Positions 43,459-52,782 of a DNA stretch of 64,000 nt are shown here, in pieces (position 1 is the first letter of the stretch; the number at the start of each line of letters is the position of its first letter). Under the pieces are notes generated by a model. It was not told the DNA's origin, searched no databases, and saw only the letters and a program-made list of their open reading frames with translations. The position numbers were made by a program, and so were the translations under genes. The stretch covers positions 4,730 to 68,729 of the forward strand of contig DATAQN010000250.1 in assembly GCA_036264635.1 (NCBI GenBank). The letters run 5' to 3'. The stretch is from Xanthobacteraceae bacterium. Its GTDB lineage: Bacteria > Pseudomonadota > Alphaproteobacteria > Rhizobiales > Xanthobacteraceae.

Positions 43459-43872
43459 ATGCGTGCAGCGCATTTGGCATTCACAGCAATATTGCTCACA
43501 GCCATGGCCTGCGGCTTGGCCGCTTGCGGCAAAGGACCGCAAGGTGATGCCGGCCCCGCCGGTCCGCAGGGCGCCAAGGGCGAAACTGGCGCGGCGGGAC
43601 CCATCGGCCCAGCAGGTCCCGCGGGTCCCCAAGGCCCGGCCGGTCCGCAAGGTCCGGCGGGAGCACCGAGCCCAAGCATCAGGGTGGTCAAATCGGACTG
43701 CACGTCCGGCTGCGCCGTGCAGTGCCAGGAAAATGAAGTCCTGGTAACGGCCTATTGCGGGCCGACCCGCAACGCCGCGCAAATCCTCGGCGAGCGCGGC
43801 GCGTCGTGCGGACCCGATGCCGGCCCGGCGAATGCGCCTCTGGTCGCAGTCTGCGTCGCCGCGCCACAATAA
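43459..43872 (+). CDS. Collagen-like (GXY repeat) lipoprotein with Cys-rich C-terminal domain
   Basis: ATG 43459. Lipobox GLAAC. 15 uninterrupted GXY triplets (43534-43668: [45 protein letters not shown]). A 68-aa tail carries 6 Cys. Confidence 0.75.
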   Translation: MRAAHLAFTAILLTAMACGLAACGKGPQGDAGPAGPQGAKGETGAAGPIGPAGPAGPQGPAGPQGPAGAPSPSIRVVKSDCTSGCAVQCQENEVLVTAYCGPTRNAAQILGERGASCGPDAGPANAPLVAVCVAAPQ

Positions 43873-43909
43873 GTCGCCGCGCCACAATCGGTTGAACTGG
43901 GTTACGTAA

Positions 43910-43944
43910 GCGGCGGCAAGTCGAACCGCCGCTTTCACTTTCTC
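43910..43944 (+). terminator. Candidate rho-independent terminator after the collagen-like gene
   Basis: gcggcgg-caagtcgaa-ccgccgc followed by tttcactttctc. The 7-bp stem and interrupted T tract make it only moderate. Confidence 0.5.
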
Positions 43945-44094
43945 TAAACCCGTTTCCAGCAACGCCGCCGCACGACGCGCAAAAGGCCGCGAAACAGGCC
44001 ATTTCCGCCCTCATTGCGGCGCTTACACGTAACTGCTTCTTAAGCCACCGCCGCTTAGAACCTTGGCCGTCAGTTCAGCACGGTTCATTTGCCT

Positions 44095-45537
44095 ATGACG
44101 AGCGATGGACAATCCATCGAACGGCTGCGGGAGTATCTCCGGACGCTCACGCCGGAGGCGCGGTCGATGCTCGTCCAGGAGCTTGAGCGCAATTTGCTGC
44201 GCGGCGAGGAAGGCGCGAGCACCGATCTGATCCTGCAGGAATTGCGCAGCGCGATCCGCGCCGACGCCCAGCAGGTGCCCCGCATCGGCGACGCTGCGCG
44301 ACTGTTCTTCGCCCCGCTTGAACCTTTTCTCATCGACGGCCGCGCCGATCACAAGCGCATCGGCCGCATCGCCCGGGTCTCGCTCGAGCCGATATGGGGC
44401 TGGATCCGCCGCGACCTGATGCCCGCCGAGGTCAAGGCGCTGGGCGATGACATCAATCGGGCTTTGCTTGCCGACGACCGCAACCGCGCCGACCAATTGG
44501 TGCGCACGCTGCATGATCGCGCCATCCGGCGCATCAGAGACGCGGTCGCCGAAGTCGGCGGCGATGAAAAATCGCGCCGTCGGCTTGCCGTTCAAGTCGG
44601 CACGCCGCGCGCTATCGAAGATCTCGGTACGCTGGTATCGATCTTCTCGCTACGCGAAATGCTGGCCGATCTTGCCAAGCGGCTGCCTGGTCAGATCAAG
44701 ACTTTTGAGCGCGAGCAAATCGAACCGCTGTGGGCGCTGCTCGATGCCGCGACCGCACAAGCGGCCTTGGATCGGGCCGGCGCCCGCAAATCGGATGCCA
44801 TTGTCTATTGCCTCATTCTGGTGATGAACCGGCTCGCAGCGCCATGGCAGCTCGTGCGCATTGCCACGCGCGCGGCCGAAAGCGACGACACTCAACGTAT
44901 CGCCGAAACGCCTTATGCCGCCGCGATCGGGATCGTGCTTGGCGAGGCCGAGAACATGGTCGCCGAATTGCGCGCCGAGATCAAAGCGGGGCAGCCGATC
45001 GTGTCGGCGCTGAAAAACATTCACGACACGGCGCGTGAATTGCGCTCGGAAATCAACATGTCGTTCGATTCGCCCTGGAGCCGCCATTTGGCGGCGATCC
45101 GCAACGACGTCTCTGCGCTCCTGAAGTTGGAAATCGAGACAACACCAGGAAGCGTCCGGCGGCTGTTGCGGCCGCGCCTCAATAAAGACATCGCGCCGGG
45201 GGCGCTGCTTGATCCGCTCGATGTCGAGCAGGCCGAGATGCGGGTCGAGTTCGTCGGCGCCTGCCGTCATTACGCCGCCGAGCTCGCCGTCAGCGAAGCG
45301 ACCATGCGCGCGCATTCGGAACTGACCCATATTCTCGAAACCGGCACCAAGATCCTGCTCGATTCGCTGCGCCAGGCAGGTGACGACGACCGGCCGTTCC
45401 GCCAGTCGCAGGTCGAAGCCGCGATCCGATTTTGCCGGCCTGTATTCGGCGCCGAATATGCGGGGCTTCTGGCCAAGGCGGCCGAGGTGGCGGTCCAGGC
45501 AGCGATCCCCGTCGAGCGCAAGCCGGCGCGCGCCTAA
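44095..45537 (+). CDS. Hypothetical soluble helical protein, no recognised domain
   Basis: 481 aa from ATG 44095. Native GC and Leu/Ala/Arg/Glu-rich composition. No TM segment, signal peptide or motif seen. Confidence 0.7.
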   Translation: MTSDGQSIERLREYLRTLTPEARSMLVQELERNLLRGEEGASTDLILQELRSAIRADAQQVPRIGDAARLFFAPLEPFLIDGRADHKRIGRIARVSLEPIWGWIRRDLMPAEVKALGDDINRALLADDRNRADQLVRTLHDRAIRRIRDAVAEVGGDEKSRRRLAVQVGTPRAIEDLGTLVSIFSLREMLADLAKRLPGQIKTFEREQIEPLWALLDAATAQAALDRAGARKSDAIVYCLILVMNRLAAPWQLVRIATRAAESDDTQRIAETPYAAAIGIVLGEAENMVAELRAEIKAGQPIVSALKNIHDTARELRSEINMSFDSPWSRHLAAIRNDVSALLKLEIETTPGSVRRLLRPRLNKDIAPGALLDPLDVEQAEMRVEFVGACRHYAAELAVSEATMRAHSELTHILETGTKILLDSLRQAGDDDRPFRQSQVEAAIRFCRPVFGAEYAGLLAKAAEVAVQAAIPVERKPARA

Positions 45538-45743
45538 GCAGCCACGACCAAGATTCTGCGCAATCTCAGAGGTTTCGCGCGAAGTTCCCGCAAGAGTGCC
45601 CAATTGCCGCGCCTCCGACCTCCCATTGCGGGCGCATTCGCGCCGTGATGTATAGGCGGCCCGCGTCGAGGTTTTGTCCATGATTGCCCATAGGGCTGTA
45701 CCGTCTGCCCTGATAACGACGTGTTGATGCGACGCCCGAAACG

Positions 45744-46856
45744 ATGATGCTTTGGCTCATTTTCGCTGTTATGACCGCCGCGGCCGTTGGCGCCGTCTGG
45801 TGTCCGCTTGCGCGCAAGGGCAAGGGCCGCACCGGCGGCAGCGATCGGCTCGTCTACCAGGATCAGCTCCTTGAGATCGAGCGCGACCGGGCGGCCGGCT
45901 TGATCGGCGGAGCGGAGGCGGAATCAGCGCGGGTCGAGATTTCGCGCCGCCTCTTGGCCGCGGCGGACGCGGAGCATTCGGCCGCGGCGCCGCCGCCTGC
46001 CGAGCGATTTGCGTTCATGCACCGTGCCGCGGCTATCGCCTGCGCCGTCATCTTACCAGCGGTTGGGCTCGGCTTTTATCTCTGGCTCGGCGCTCCCGAG
46101 ATACCAAGCCAATCGGCCTTTGCGCGTGTCGATACGCCGCTCGGAGAGCGGTCGATCGCGAGCTTGGTCGTCCAGGTCGAGGCGCATCTTGCCAGTAATC
46201 CCAATGATGGGGCCGGCTGGGAAGTGATCGCGCCGGTCTATATGCGGCTCGGCCGTTTCAGCGACGCCGCCGCAGCTTGGCGCAAGACGATCGCGTTGAA
46301 CGGTGACAATGCGACACGCGAGTCGGCGCTTGGCGAAGCGCTCGTTGCTTCAGCAAACGGTATCGTCACCGATGAAGCGCTGAGCACATTTCAGCATGCC
46401 GTCGCGGCGGATCCCCACGAGCCCAAAGCGAGCTATTTCCTCGGTCTCGCCGATGAGCAGGCCGGCAAGCGTGATGCCGCTATAGCAAAGTGGCGTGCTT
46501 TGCTGGACAGCACACCGCAAGACGCGCCCTGGAAAGAATTCGTGCGCAACGCCTTGGCGCGCGTCAACGCAGCGCCCGCTTCGGCCACTGCAGATGCCGG
46601 CGATGCCGCAGCGGGGGCGGGTGACGGGCAACGCGCCGAAATGATTCAAGGGATGGTGCAACGGCTGGCTGATCGGCTGCACACCAGCGGCGGCAATGTC
46701 GACGAATGGCTTCGCCTGGTGCAGGCTTATATTGTGCTTGGCGACCGCGATAAGGCGAAAGGCGCGGTGACCGATGCGAAACGCGCACTGTCGGATCATC
46801 CCGACGAAATCAGGCGGATCGACGATCTCGTCAAAGGACTTGGGCTGAACGGCTAA
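45744..46856 (+). CDS. ccmI: Cytochrome c-type biogenesis protein CcmI (CycH)
   Basis: 370 aa. The N-terminus MMLWLIFAVMTAAAVGAVWCPL... has two TM helices, with a TPR-like C-terminus. It lies directly upstream of ccmE-F-H. Confidence 0.85.
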   Translation: MMLWLIFAVMTAAAVGAVWCPLARKGKGRTGGSDRLVYQDQLLEIERDRAAGLIGGAEAESARVEISRRLLAAADAEHSAAAPPPAERFAFMHRAAAIACAVILPAVGLGFYLWLGAPEIPSQSAFARVDTPLGERSIASLVVQVEAHLASNPNDGAGWEVIAPVYMRLGRFSDAAAAWRKTIALNGDNATRESALGEALVASANGIVTDEALSTFQHAVAADPHEPKASYFLGLADEQAGKRDAAIAKWRALLDSTPQDAPWKEFVRNALARVNAAPASATADAGDAAAGAGDGQRAEMIQGMVQRLADRLHTSGGNVDEWLRLVQAYIVLGDRDKAKGAVTDAKRALSDHPDEIRRIDDLVKGLGLNG

Positions 46857-46879
46857 GATTTGGGCTGAACGGCTAATAT
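46840..46879 (+). repeat. 20-bp tandem duplication spanning the ccmI stop codon
   Basis: ttgggctgaacggctaagat / ttgggctgaacggctaatat, 19 of 20 identical. Confidence 0.9.
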
Positions 46880-46913
46880 ATGGAATGCCGAATATGAAAT
46901 CGGGACAACACGA

Positions 46914-47384
46914 ATGACACGCAAGCAGCGGCGCCTGGTTCTGATCGGCTCTGGCCTTGGGGTGCTCGCGATCGCGGTCGCGCTGATGCTCAATGCGTTC
47001 CGCGATTCCATCGTCTTCTTCAATTCGCCGAGCGATGTGGCCGAGCGGCATGTCGGGCCAGGCACCCGCATTCGCCTTGGCGGCCTGGTCAAGGACGGCA
47101 GTCTGGTTCGCGGCAGTAATCTCGCGGTGCGCTTCGAAGTCACCGACGGCAAGACGGAGATCCCGGTCGACTATCAGGGCGTGTTGCCGGACCTGTTTCG
47201 GGAAGGGCAGGGCGTGGTGGCCGAAGGCGCGCTCAACAATGCCGGCGTATTCGCCGCCGACACCATTCTCGCCAAGCACGACGAGACCTACATGCCCAAG
47301 GAAGTTGCTGATGCCCTGAAGAAGTCGGGACATTGGAAGGACGATTACGCCAAGCAGGCCAACGGCAGCGCGAGCAGCAAATGA
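46914..47384 (+). CDS. ccmE: Cytochrome c maturation heme chaperone CcmE (CycJ)
   Basis: MTRKQRRL anchor, OB-fold sequence, and heme-binding His context [13 protein letters not shown]. Confidence 0.92.
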   Translation: MTRKQRRLVLIGSGLGVLAIAVALMLNAFRDSIVFFNSPSDVAERHVGPGTRIRLGGLVKDGSLVRGSNLAVRFEVTDGKTEIPVDYQGVLPDLFREGQGVVAEGALNNAGVFAADTILAKHDETYMPKEVADALKKSGHWKDDYAKQANGSASSK

Positions 47385-47397
47385 GAGGGCGCGGTTC

Positions 47398-49389
47398 ATG
47401 ATCCCCGAGCTCGGCCACTATGCACTGATACTGGCGCTGGGGCTTGCGCTCATTCAGGGCACGATGCCGATCGTCGGCACCCGCAGCAACGATCTTGCGC
47501 TGATGAACATGGCGGCGCCGACGGCGCTGGCGCAATTCTTTTTTGTCGCGCTCGCCTTCGGGGCGCTCGCCTACAGCTATGTGACTTCGGACTTCTCGGT
47601 GATGAATGTTTACGAGAATTCGAATTCGCATATGCCGCTGATCTATCGCTTCGCCAGTGTCTGGGGCAATCACGAAGGCTCCATGATGCTGTGGGTGTCG
47701 ATCCTGACCTTCTTCGGCGCGCTGGTTGCCTTGTTCGGCACCAATCTGCCGCTGGTGCTCAAGGCCAATGCGCTTGCGGTGCAGGCCTGGATCGCGGCCG
47801 CCTTTCACCTCTTCATCCTCATCACCTCGAACCCGTTTCTGCGTATCGCCGACGCGCCGCTTGAGGGCCAGGATCTCAATCCGATCCTGCAAGATCCCGG
47901 TCTCGCCTTCCATCCACCGATGCTCTATCTCGGCTATGTCGGCTTCTCGATCGCATTCTCCTTTGCCATCGCCGCGTTGATTGAAGGCCGCATCGATGCG
48001 GCCTGGGCGCGCTTCGTGCGGCCCTGGGTGCTCGGCGCCTGGATGTGCCTGACGCTCGGTATCGCCGGCGGTTCTTATTGGGCCTATTACGAACTCGGCT
48101 GGGGCGGTTTCTGGTTCTGGGATCCGGTCGAGAACGCGTCGCTGATGCCATGGCTCGCCGGCACGGCGTTGCTGCACTCCGCCGTGGTCATGGAAAAGCG
48201 CGGTGCGCTGAAAGTGTGGACGATCCTGCTCGCCATTCTCGCTTTCTCGCTATCGCTAATCGGAACCTTCTTGGTGCGCTCGGGCGTGCTCACCTCCGTA
48301 CATGCCTTTGCGACTGATCCGGCGCGCGGCGTTTTCATCCTCGCCATTCTGATCGTCTTCATCGGCGGCGCTCTGGCGCTTTATGCTTGGCGCGCGCCAT
48401 TGCTGAAGCAGGGCGGTTTGTTCGCGCCGATCTCACGCGAAGGCGCGCTGATCTTCAATAATCTCTTTCTCACCACGGCCTGCGCCACGGTATTGGTCGG
48501 TACGCTTTATCCGCTGGCGCTGCAGGCGCTGACCGGCGACAAGATTTCCGTCGGCCCGCCGTTCTTTGACGCGACGTTCGGGCCGCTATTCATTCCATTG
48601 ATGCTGGCGATGCCGTTCGGCCCGCTCTTGGGCTGGAAGCGCGGCGATATTTTCGGTGCTGCGCAGCGGCTCCTTGTGGCCGCGCTTCTCGCCGCGCTCG
48701 GCATTGCCGCGGCTTTTGCGCTTGAACATGGCGGACCGGTGCTGGCGCCATTCGGCGTCGGCGTCGCCGTCTTCGTCATGATCGGTGCCGTCATCGATAT
48801 TGCTGAACGCACCATGATCCTGCGCGTGCCGTTTCGCGCCGCGCTGCAACGCGCCTTGGGCTTGCCGCGTTCGGCCTGGGGCACTGCCTTTGCGCATTTC
48901 GGGATCGGCATGACGCTGCTCGGCATCGTCAGCGTCACTGCCTGGGGAATAGAGCGCATCGTCGAGGTCAAGCCGGGCGATACGCTCGAGATCTCGCATT
49001 ACCGTGCGACCTTCATCGGTCTGCTGGATCGGCCCGGTCCGAACTACCGTGATGTCGTCGGCCGCTTCACCATTCACCGCGCCTCCGGTGAATATCTCGG
49101 CAATATGGAGCCGAGCCGCCGTACCTTTACCGCGCGCAACGAGGCGACGACCGAGGCGGCGCTGATGACGCGTGGCTTCAGCCAGCTTTATGTGTCGCTC
49201 GGCGATCCCGGCAAAGACGGCTCCGCCGCAGTGCGGCTCTACTACAAGCCGCTTGTCCTGATGATCTGGCTCGGTGCTGCATTTATGTTTCTGGGGGGAG
49301 GATTGTCGCTCTCTGACAGAAGGCTGCGCGTCGGCGCGCCGCGCCCGGCGAAAAGCCGGCTCGCCGCCGCGGTGCAGCCGGCGGAGTAA
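47398..49389 (+). CDS. ccmF: Cytochrome c heme lyase subunit CcmF (CycK)
   Basis: 663 aa and polytopic. Trp-rich WWD motif WGGFWFWDPVENASLMPW. Confidence 0.95.
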   Translation: MIPELGHYALILALGLALIQGTMPIVGTRSNDLALMNMAAPTALAQFFFVALAFGALAYSYVTSDFSVMNVYENSNSHMPLIYRFASVWGNHEGSMMLWVSILTFFGALVALFGTNLPLVLKANALAVQAWIAAAFHLFILITSNPFLRIADAPLEGQDLNPILQDPGLAFHPPMLYLGYVGFSIAFSFAIAALIEGRIDAAWARFVRPWVLGAWMCLTLGIAGGSYWAYYELGWGGFWFWDPVENASLMPWLAGTALLHSAVVMEKRGALKVWTILLAILAFSLSLIGTFLVRSGVLTSVHAFATDPARGVFILAILIVFIGGALALYAWRAPLLKQGGLFAPISREGALIFNNLFLTTACATVLVGTLYPLALQALTGDKISVGPPFFDATFGPLFIPLMLAMPFGPLLGWKRGDIFGAAQRLLVAALLAALGIAAAFALEHGGPVLAPFGVGVAVFVMIGAVIDIAERTMILRVPFRAALQRALGLPRSAWGTAFAHFGIGMTLLGIVSVTAWGIERIVEVKPGDTLEISHYRATFIGLLDRPGPNYRDVVGRFTIHRASGEYLGNMEPSRRTFTARNEATTEAALMTRGFSQLYVSLGDPGKDGSAAVRLYYKPLVLMIWLGAAFMFLGGGLSLSDRRLRVGAPRPAKSRLAAAVQPAE

Positions 49390-49394
49390 GCGCC

Positions 49395-49889
49395 ATGACG
49401 CAGGTCCTGAGAAAATATCTGCAGGCGGCGATACTCATTGCGGCTTTATCGCCTCTGGCTGTGCCGGCCGTGGTCTTCGCCGTCGAACCAAATGAGATGT
49501 TGTCGGACCCAGCGCTCGAAGCGCGTGCCCGCGCGCTGTCGCAGGGCTTGCGCTGCCTCGTCTGCCAGAACGAGTCGATCGACGATTCCGGCGCGTCGCT
49601 TGCGCATGACATTCGCGTTCTGGTGCGCGAGCGCATCAAGGCCGGCGATACCGACCAACAGGTGATCGATTTTCTGGTCGCGCGTTACGGCGAATTCGTC
49701 CTGCTCAAGCGGCCTTTGTCCTGGCACACCGTGGCATTGTGGGGATTGCCGCCCGGCCTTCTGCTGATCGGCATCATCGTTATGATCGTGATGGCGCGGC
49801 GCCGGGCCGAGGTTTTGGCTGCGCCTGCGCTCACTTCGGCTGAAGAGGCCCGCGTCGAGGAACTGCTGCGCCGCGAAGGCTTGTCTTAG
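49395..49889 (+). CDS. ccmH: Cytochrome c maturation thiol-oxidoreductase CcmH (CycL)
   Basis: LRCLVCQNESIDDS motif with a C-terminal TM helix. Confidence 0.9.
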   Translation: MTQVLRKYLQAAILIAALSPLAVPAVVFAVEPNEMLSDPALEARARALSQGLRCLVCQNESIDDSGASLAHDIRVLVRERIKAGDTDQQVIDFLVARYGEFVLLKRPLSWHTVALWGLPPGLLLIGIIVMIVMARRRAEVLAAPALTSAEEARVEELLRREGLS

Positions 49890-50144
49890 CTCGCCCCATA
49901 TTTGGCGCGCTCAACACCGCGCAAGCGTGCTTCCGGCAGGCATCTGCGACTAATCACACTTGTTTGCAACTTGTTGTTTTGGATAATAAAATTCAGGTTT
50001 TGCTAAACATTACGAAGTTTTAATGCAGCCGACAGAGCGCGGTAAGGCGCGGGGCCTCATGTTTTGCTCAGCAGCGGGGTCAAAACGGCTGTAACGTCAG
50101 GTAGTTTTTGGTTGCAGGCCGAGCGACGGGTTTTGGAGACGGAT

Positions 50145-51656
50145 ATGACGCAAATATCGATGCAGTCGCGCCGATCTGTTCGGCGCGTCGCTCTTCTGAC
50201 AACGGCGTTTGCCGGACTTGGCGCGTCGGCCTTGGTGCTCGCGCCAAATGTGCCGGCTTATGTCGGATCCGCGGTCGCACAGAATCTGACCGAGAAGGTC
50301 CAGCAACTACCGCAGCGTCCGATGGGCTTCGCCGACATCGTCGAGAAAGTGAAGCCTGCGGTGATCTCGGTGCGCGTGAAGATCGACCGGCCGGCCAATA
50401 CCGGCCTCAGCGATGACGATCTGCCGTTTCCGCCGGGCTCGCCATTCGAGCGCTTCTTCAAGCGCTTCGGCGCGCCCAATGGCGGACAGCCGGGCGGTCA
50501 TCAGGTGATCACCGGCCAAGGCTCGGGGTTCTTTATCACCGCTGACGGCTATGCCGTGACCAATAACCACGTCGTGCAGAACGCCGAAAAAGTTCAGGTC
50601 ACGACCGACGACGGCAAGTCCTTGAGCGCCAAGGTGATCGGCACCGACCCGAAGACTGATCTCGCTTTGATCAAGGTCGACGGCAACGATTTCCCGTTCG
50701 TGAAACTGGCCGACACGCCGCCGCGCATCGGCGATTGGGTGCTCGCAGTCGGCAATCCGTTCGGTCTTGGCGGCACCGTGACCGCCGGCATCGTGTCGGC
50801 GCGCGGCCGCGATATCGGCGCCGGTCCTTATGACGACTTCATCCAGATCGATGCGCCGGTGAACAAAGGCAATTCCGGCGGTCCGACATTCGATGTCGAC
50901 GGCAATGTTATTGGCGTCAACACGGCGATCTTCTCGCCGTCGGGCGGGTCTGTCGGCATCGCTTTCGACATCCCGGCCGAAACCGTAAAGAGCGTTGTCG
51001 CGCAATTGCGCGACAAGGGCAGCGTCACCCGTGGCTGGATTGGTGTGCAGATCCAGACCGTGACGCCTGACATTGCCGACAGCATGGGCCTGAAAGAGGC
51101 GACCGGTGCACTTGTCTCCGAGCCGCAGAAGAACAGCCCGGCGGCCGCCGCCGGCATCCAAAGCGGTGATGTCATCGTCTCCGTCGACGATGTCCCAGTG
51201 CACGACGCGCGCGATCTTGCGCGCAAGATCGGCACGATGGCGCCTGGCGCGTCGGTAAAGCTCGGCACCATCCATGGCGGTCAGAACAAGACTTTGACAT
51301 TGACCCTTGGCACGCTACCGACCGACACCAAAGTGGCGTCGAACGACCAGGATAGCCCACACGACACGGCCGACGCCGAAGTCCCCAAGCTCGGCTTGAC
51401 GCTCGCGCCCGCCGACAAGAATTCCGGCGGCTCGGGCGTTGTCGTTACCGCGGTGGCCGACGGCGGTGTTGCGGCCGAGCACGGCTTCCAGGTCGGTGAC
51501 GTGATTCTCGATGTCGGCGGCAAATCGGTTTCGACGCCGGCGGATATCCGCAAAGGGCTCAGCGACGCCAAGAACGACGGCAAGCACACGGTTTTGTTCC
51601 GCGTCAAATCGCGTGACGGCACACGATTTGTTGCCCTTCCGCTCGGCAATGCGTGA
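50145..51656 (+). CDS. DegP/HtrA (Do family) periplasmic serine endoprotease with two PDZ domains
   Basis: ATG 50145 follows GGAGACGG. Catalytic residues in TNNHV, D in KTDLALIK and GNSGGP. Two PDZ-like segments. Confidence 0.92.
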   Translation: MTQISMQSRRSVRRVALLTTAFAGLGASALVLAPNVPAYVGSAVAQNLTEKVQQLPQRPMGFADIVEKVKPAVISVRVKIDRPANTGLSDDDLPFPPGSPFERFFKRFGAPNGGQPGGHQVITGQGSGFFITADGYAVTNNHVVQNAEKVQVTTDDGKSLSAKVIGTDPKTDLALIKVDGNDFPFVKLADTPPRIGDWVLAVGNPFGLGGTVTAGIVSARGRDIGAGPYDDFIQIDAPVNKGNSGGPTFDVDGNVIGVNTAIFSPSGGSVGIAFDIPAETVKSVVAQLRDKGSVTRGWIGVQIQTVTPDIADSMGLKEATGALVSEPQKNSPAAAAGIQSGDVIVSVDDVPVHDARDLARKIGTMAPGASVKLGTIHGGQNKTLTLTLGTLPTDTKVASNDQDSPHDTADAEVPKLGLTLAPADKNSGGSGVVVTAVADGGVAAEHGFQVGDVILDVGGKSVSTPADIRKGLSDAKNDGKHTVLFRVKSRDGTRFVALPLGNA

Positions 51657-51741
51657 GCACTGAGGGGGAATCGAGCGCAGGCAAACGTATCATGGAGCCG
51701 GCCAGGATTGACGCGGCTCTGACGAGAAAGGGGCATCCGCT

Positions 51742-51845
51742 GGCATCCGTCGCCCCCGCTGGCGGGCGTTCCTGGGGGCGGGTCGTAAGGCCCGTCCCCG
51801 CTGAATACCAACTCTGCCTCCGGCATCCGTCGCCCCCGCTGGCGG
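51742..51845 (+). repeat. Two perfect 24-bp direct repeats 80 bp apart
   Basis: ggcatccgtcgcccccgctggcgg at 51742-51765 and 51822-51845. Confidence 0.9.
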
Positions 51846-51858
51846 TGGAGTGGTAGGG

Positions 51859-51895
51859 GGGGTGGCGGGCAACCGCCACCCCTTCACTATTTTGC
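51859..51895 (+). terminator. Candidate rho-independent terminator downstream of degP
   Basis: ggggtggcgg-gcaa-ccgccacccc (10-bp stem) followed by ttcactattttg. Confidence 0.6.
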
Positions 51896-51964
51896 AAGCG
51901 ATGTAGTGTGTATCATTTGCATCGATTTGGCTCGCCAGCCGGTTTTTGATTGCGGCGATAAATT

Positions 51965-52645
51965 ATGCGCATTCTCGTTATCGAAGACGACCGCGACGCA
52001 GCCGATTATCTCGTCAAGGCATTCCGCGAGGTTGGCCATATGGCTGATCAAGCCGGCGATGGCGAGGAGGGGCTGCAACTTGCGCAAGACGGCGAATATG
52101 ACGTCCTGATCATCGATCGCATGCTGCCCAAGCGGGATGGCCTGTCGATCATCTCGGCCTTGCGCGGGACATCGGTCGAGACACCGGTCTTGATCCTCTC
52201 GGCGCTCGGGCAAGTCGACGACCGCGTTAAAGGCTTGCGCGCCGGCGGCGACGATTATCTGGCCAAGCCCTATGCATTCTCGGAGCTTCTGGCCCGCGTT
52301 GAGGTCCTGGCACGACGGCGCGGCAGCCGCGGCGAGGAGACCGTCTATCGCGTCGCCGACCTCGAGCTGAACCGGCTGTCGCACGAGGTCAGCCGCGCCG
52401 GGCAAGAGGTGCAGCTGCAGCCGCGCGAATTTCGCCTGCTCGAGTACCTGATGCGGCACGCCGGCCAGGTCGTGACCCGCACCATGCTTTTGGAAAATGT
52501 CTGGGACTATCATTTCGATCCGCAGACCAATGTGATCGACGTGCACATTTCGCGATTGCGATCTAAAATCGACAAAGGCTTTGCGCAACCGCTGCTGCAT
52601 ACCGTGCGCGGCGCGGGCTATATGATCCGCGACAGCGCGCGGTAA
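51965..52645 (+). CDS. OmpR-family response regulator
   Basis: MRILVIEDDRD, DVLIIDRMLPKRDG and DDYLAKPY, plus a winged-helix C-terminus (IDVHISRLRSKI...TVRGAGY). Confidence 0.92.
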   Translation: MRILVIEDDRDAADYLVKAFREVGHMADQAGDGEEGLQLAQDGEYDVLIIDRMLPKRDGLSIISALRGTSVETPVLILSALGQVDDRVKGLRAGGDDYLAKPYAFSELLARVEVLARRRGSRGEETVYRVADLELNRLSHEVSRAGQEVQLQPREFRLLEYLMRHAGQVVTRTMLLENVWDYHFDPQTNVIDVHISRLRSKIDKGFAQPLLHTVRGAGYMIRDSAR

Positions 52646-52652
52646 CAGGCGG

Positions 52653-52679
52653 CCAAGGACCGCTCCAAGGACCGCTCCA
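52653..52679 (+). repeat. 12-bp tandem repeat, about 2.3 copies
   Basis: ccaaggaccgct ccaaggaccgct cca, immediately after the regulator stop. Confidence 0.85.
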
Positions 52680-52782
52680 GGTCGCCGCGGAATTGGCTGG
52701 AAGGCCCGGCCGTCCGGAACGGATCGCGGCGGGCCGGGGCAGGCGCAATCAAGGGAAAATGGAAGATCGCCGGGAGATCGCC

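Noticed and set aside
43434-43703. Minus-strand ORF that also reads as a collagen-like GPAGP repeat
   Set aside because: It is a mirror image of the GXY-coding DNA. The plus frame has an RBS, a lipoprotein signal peptide and a Cys-rich domain, while the minus frame has none of these.
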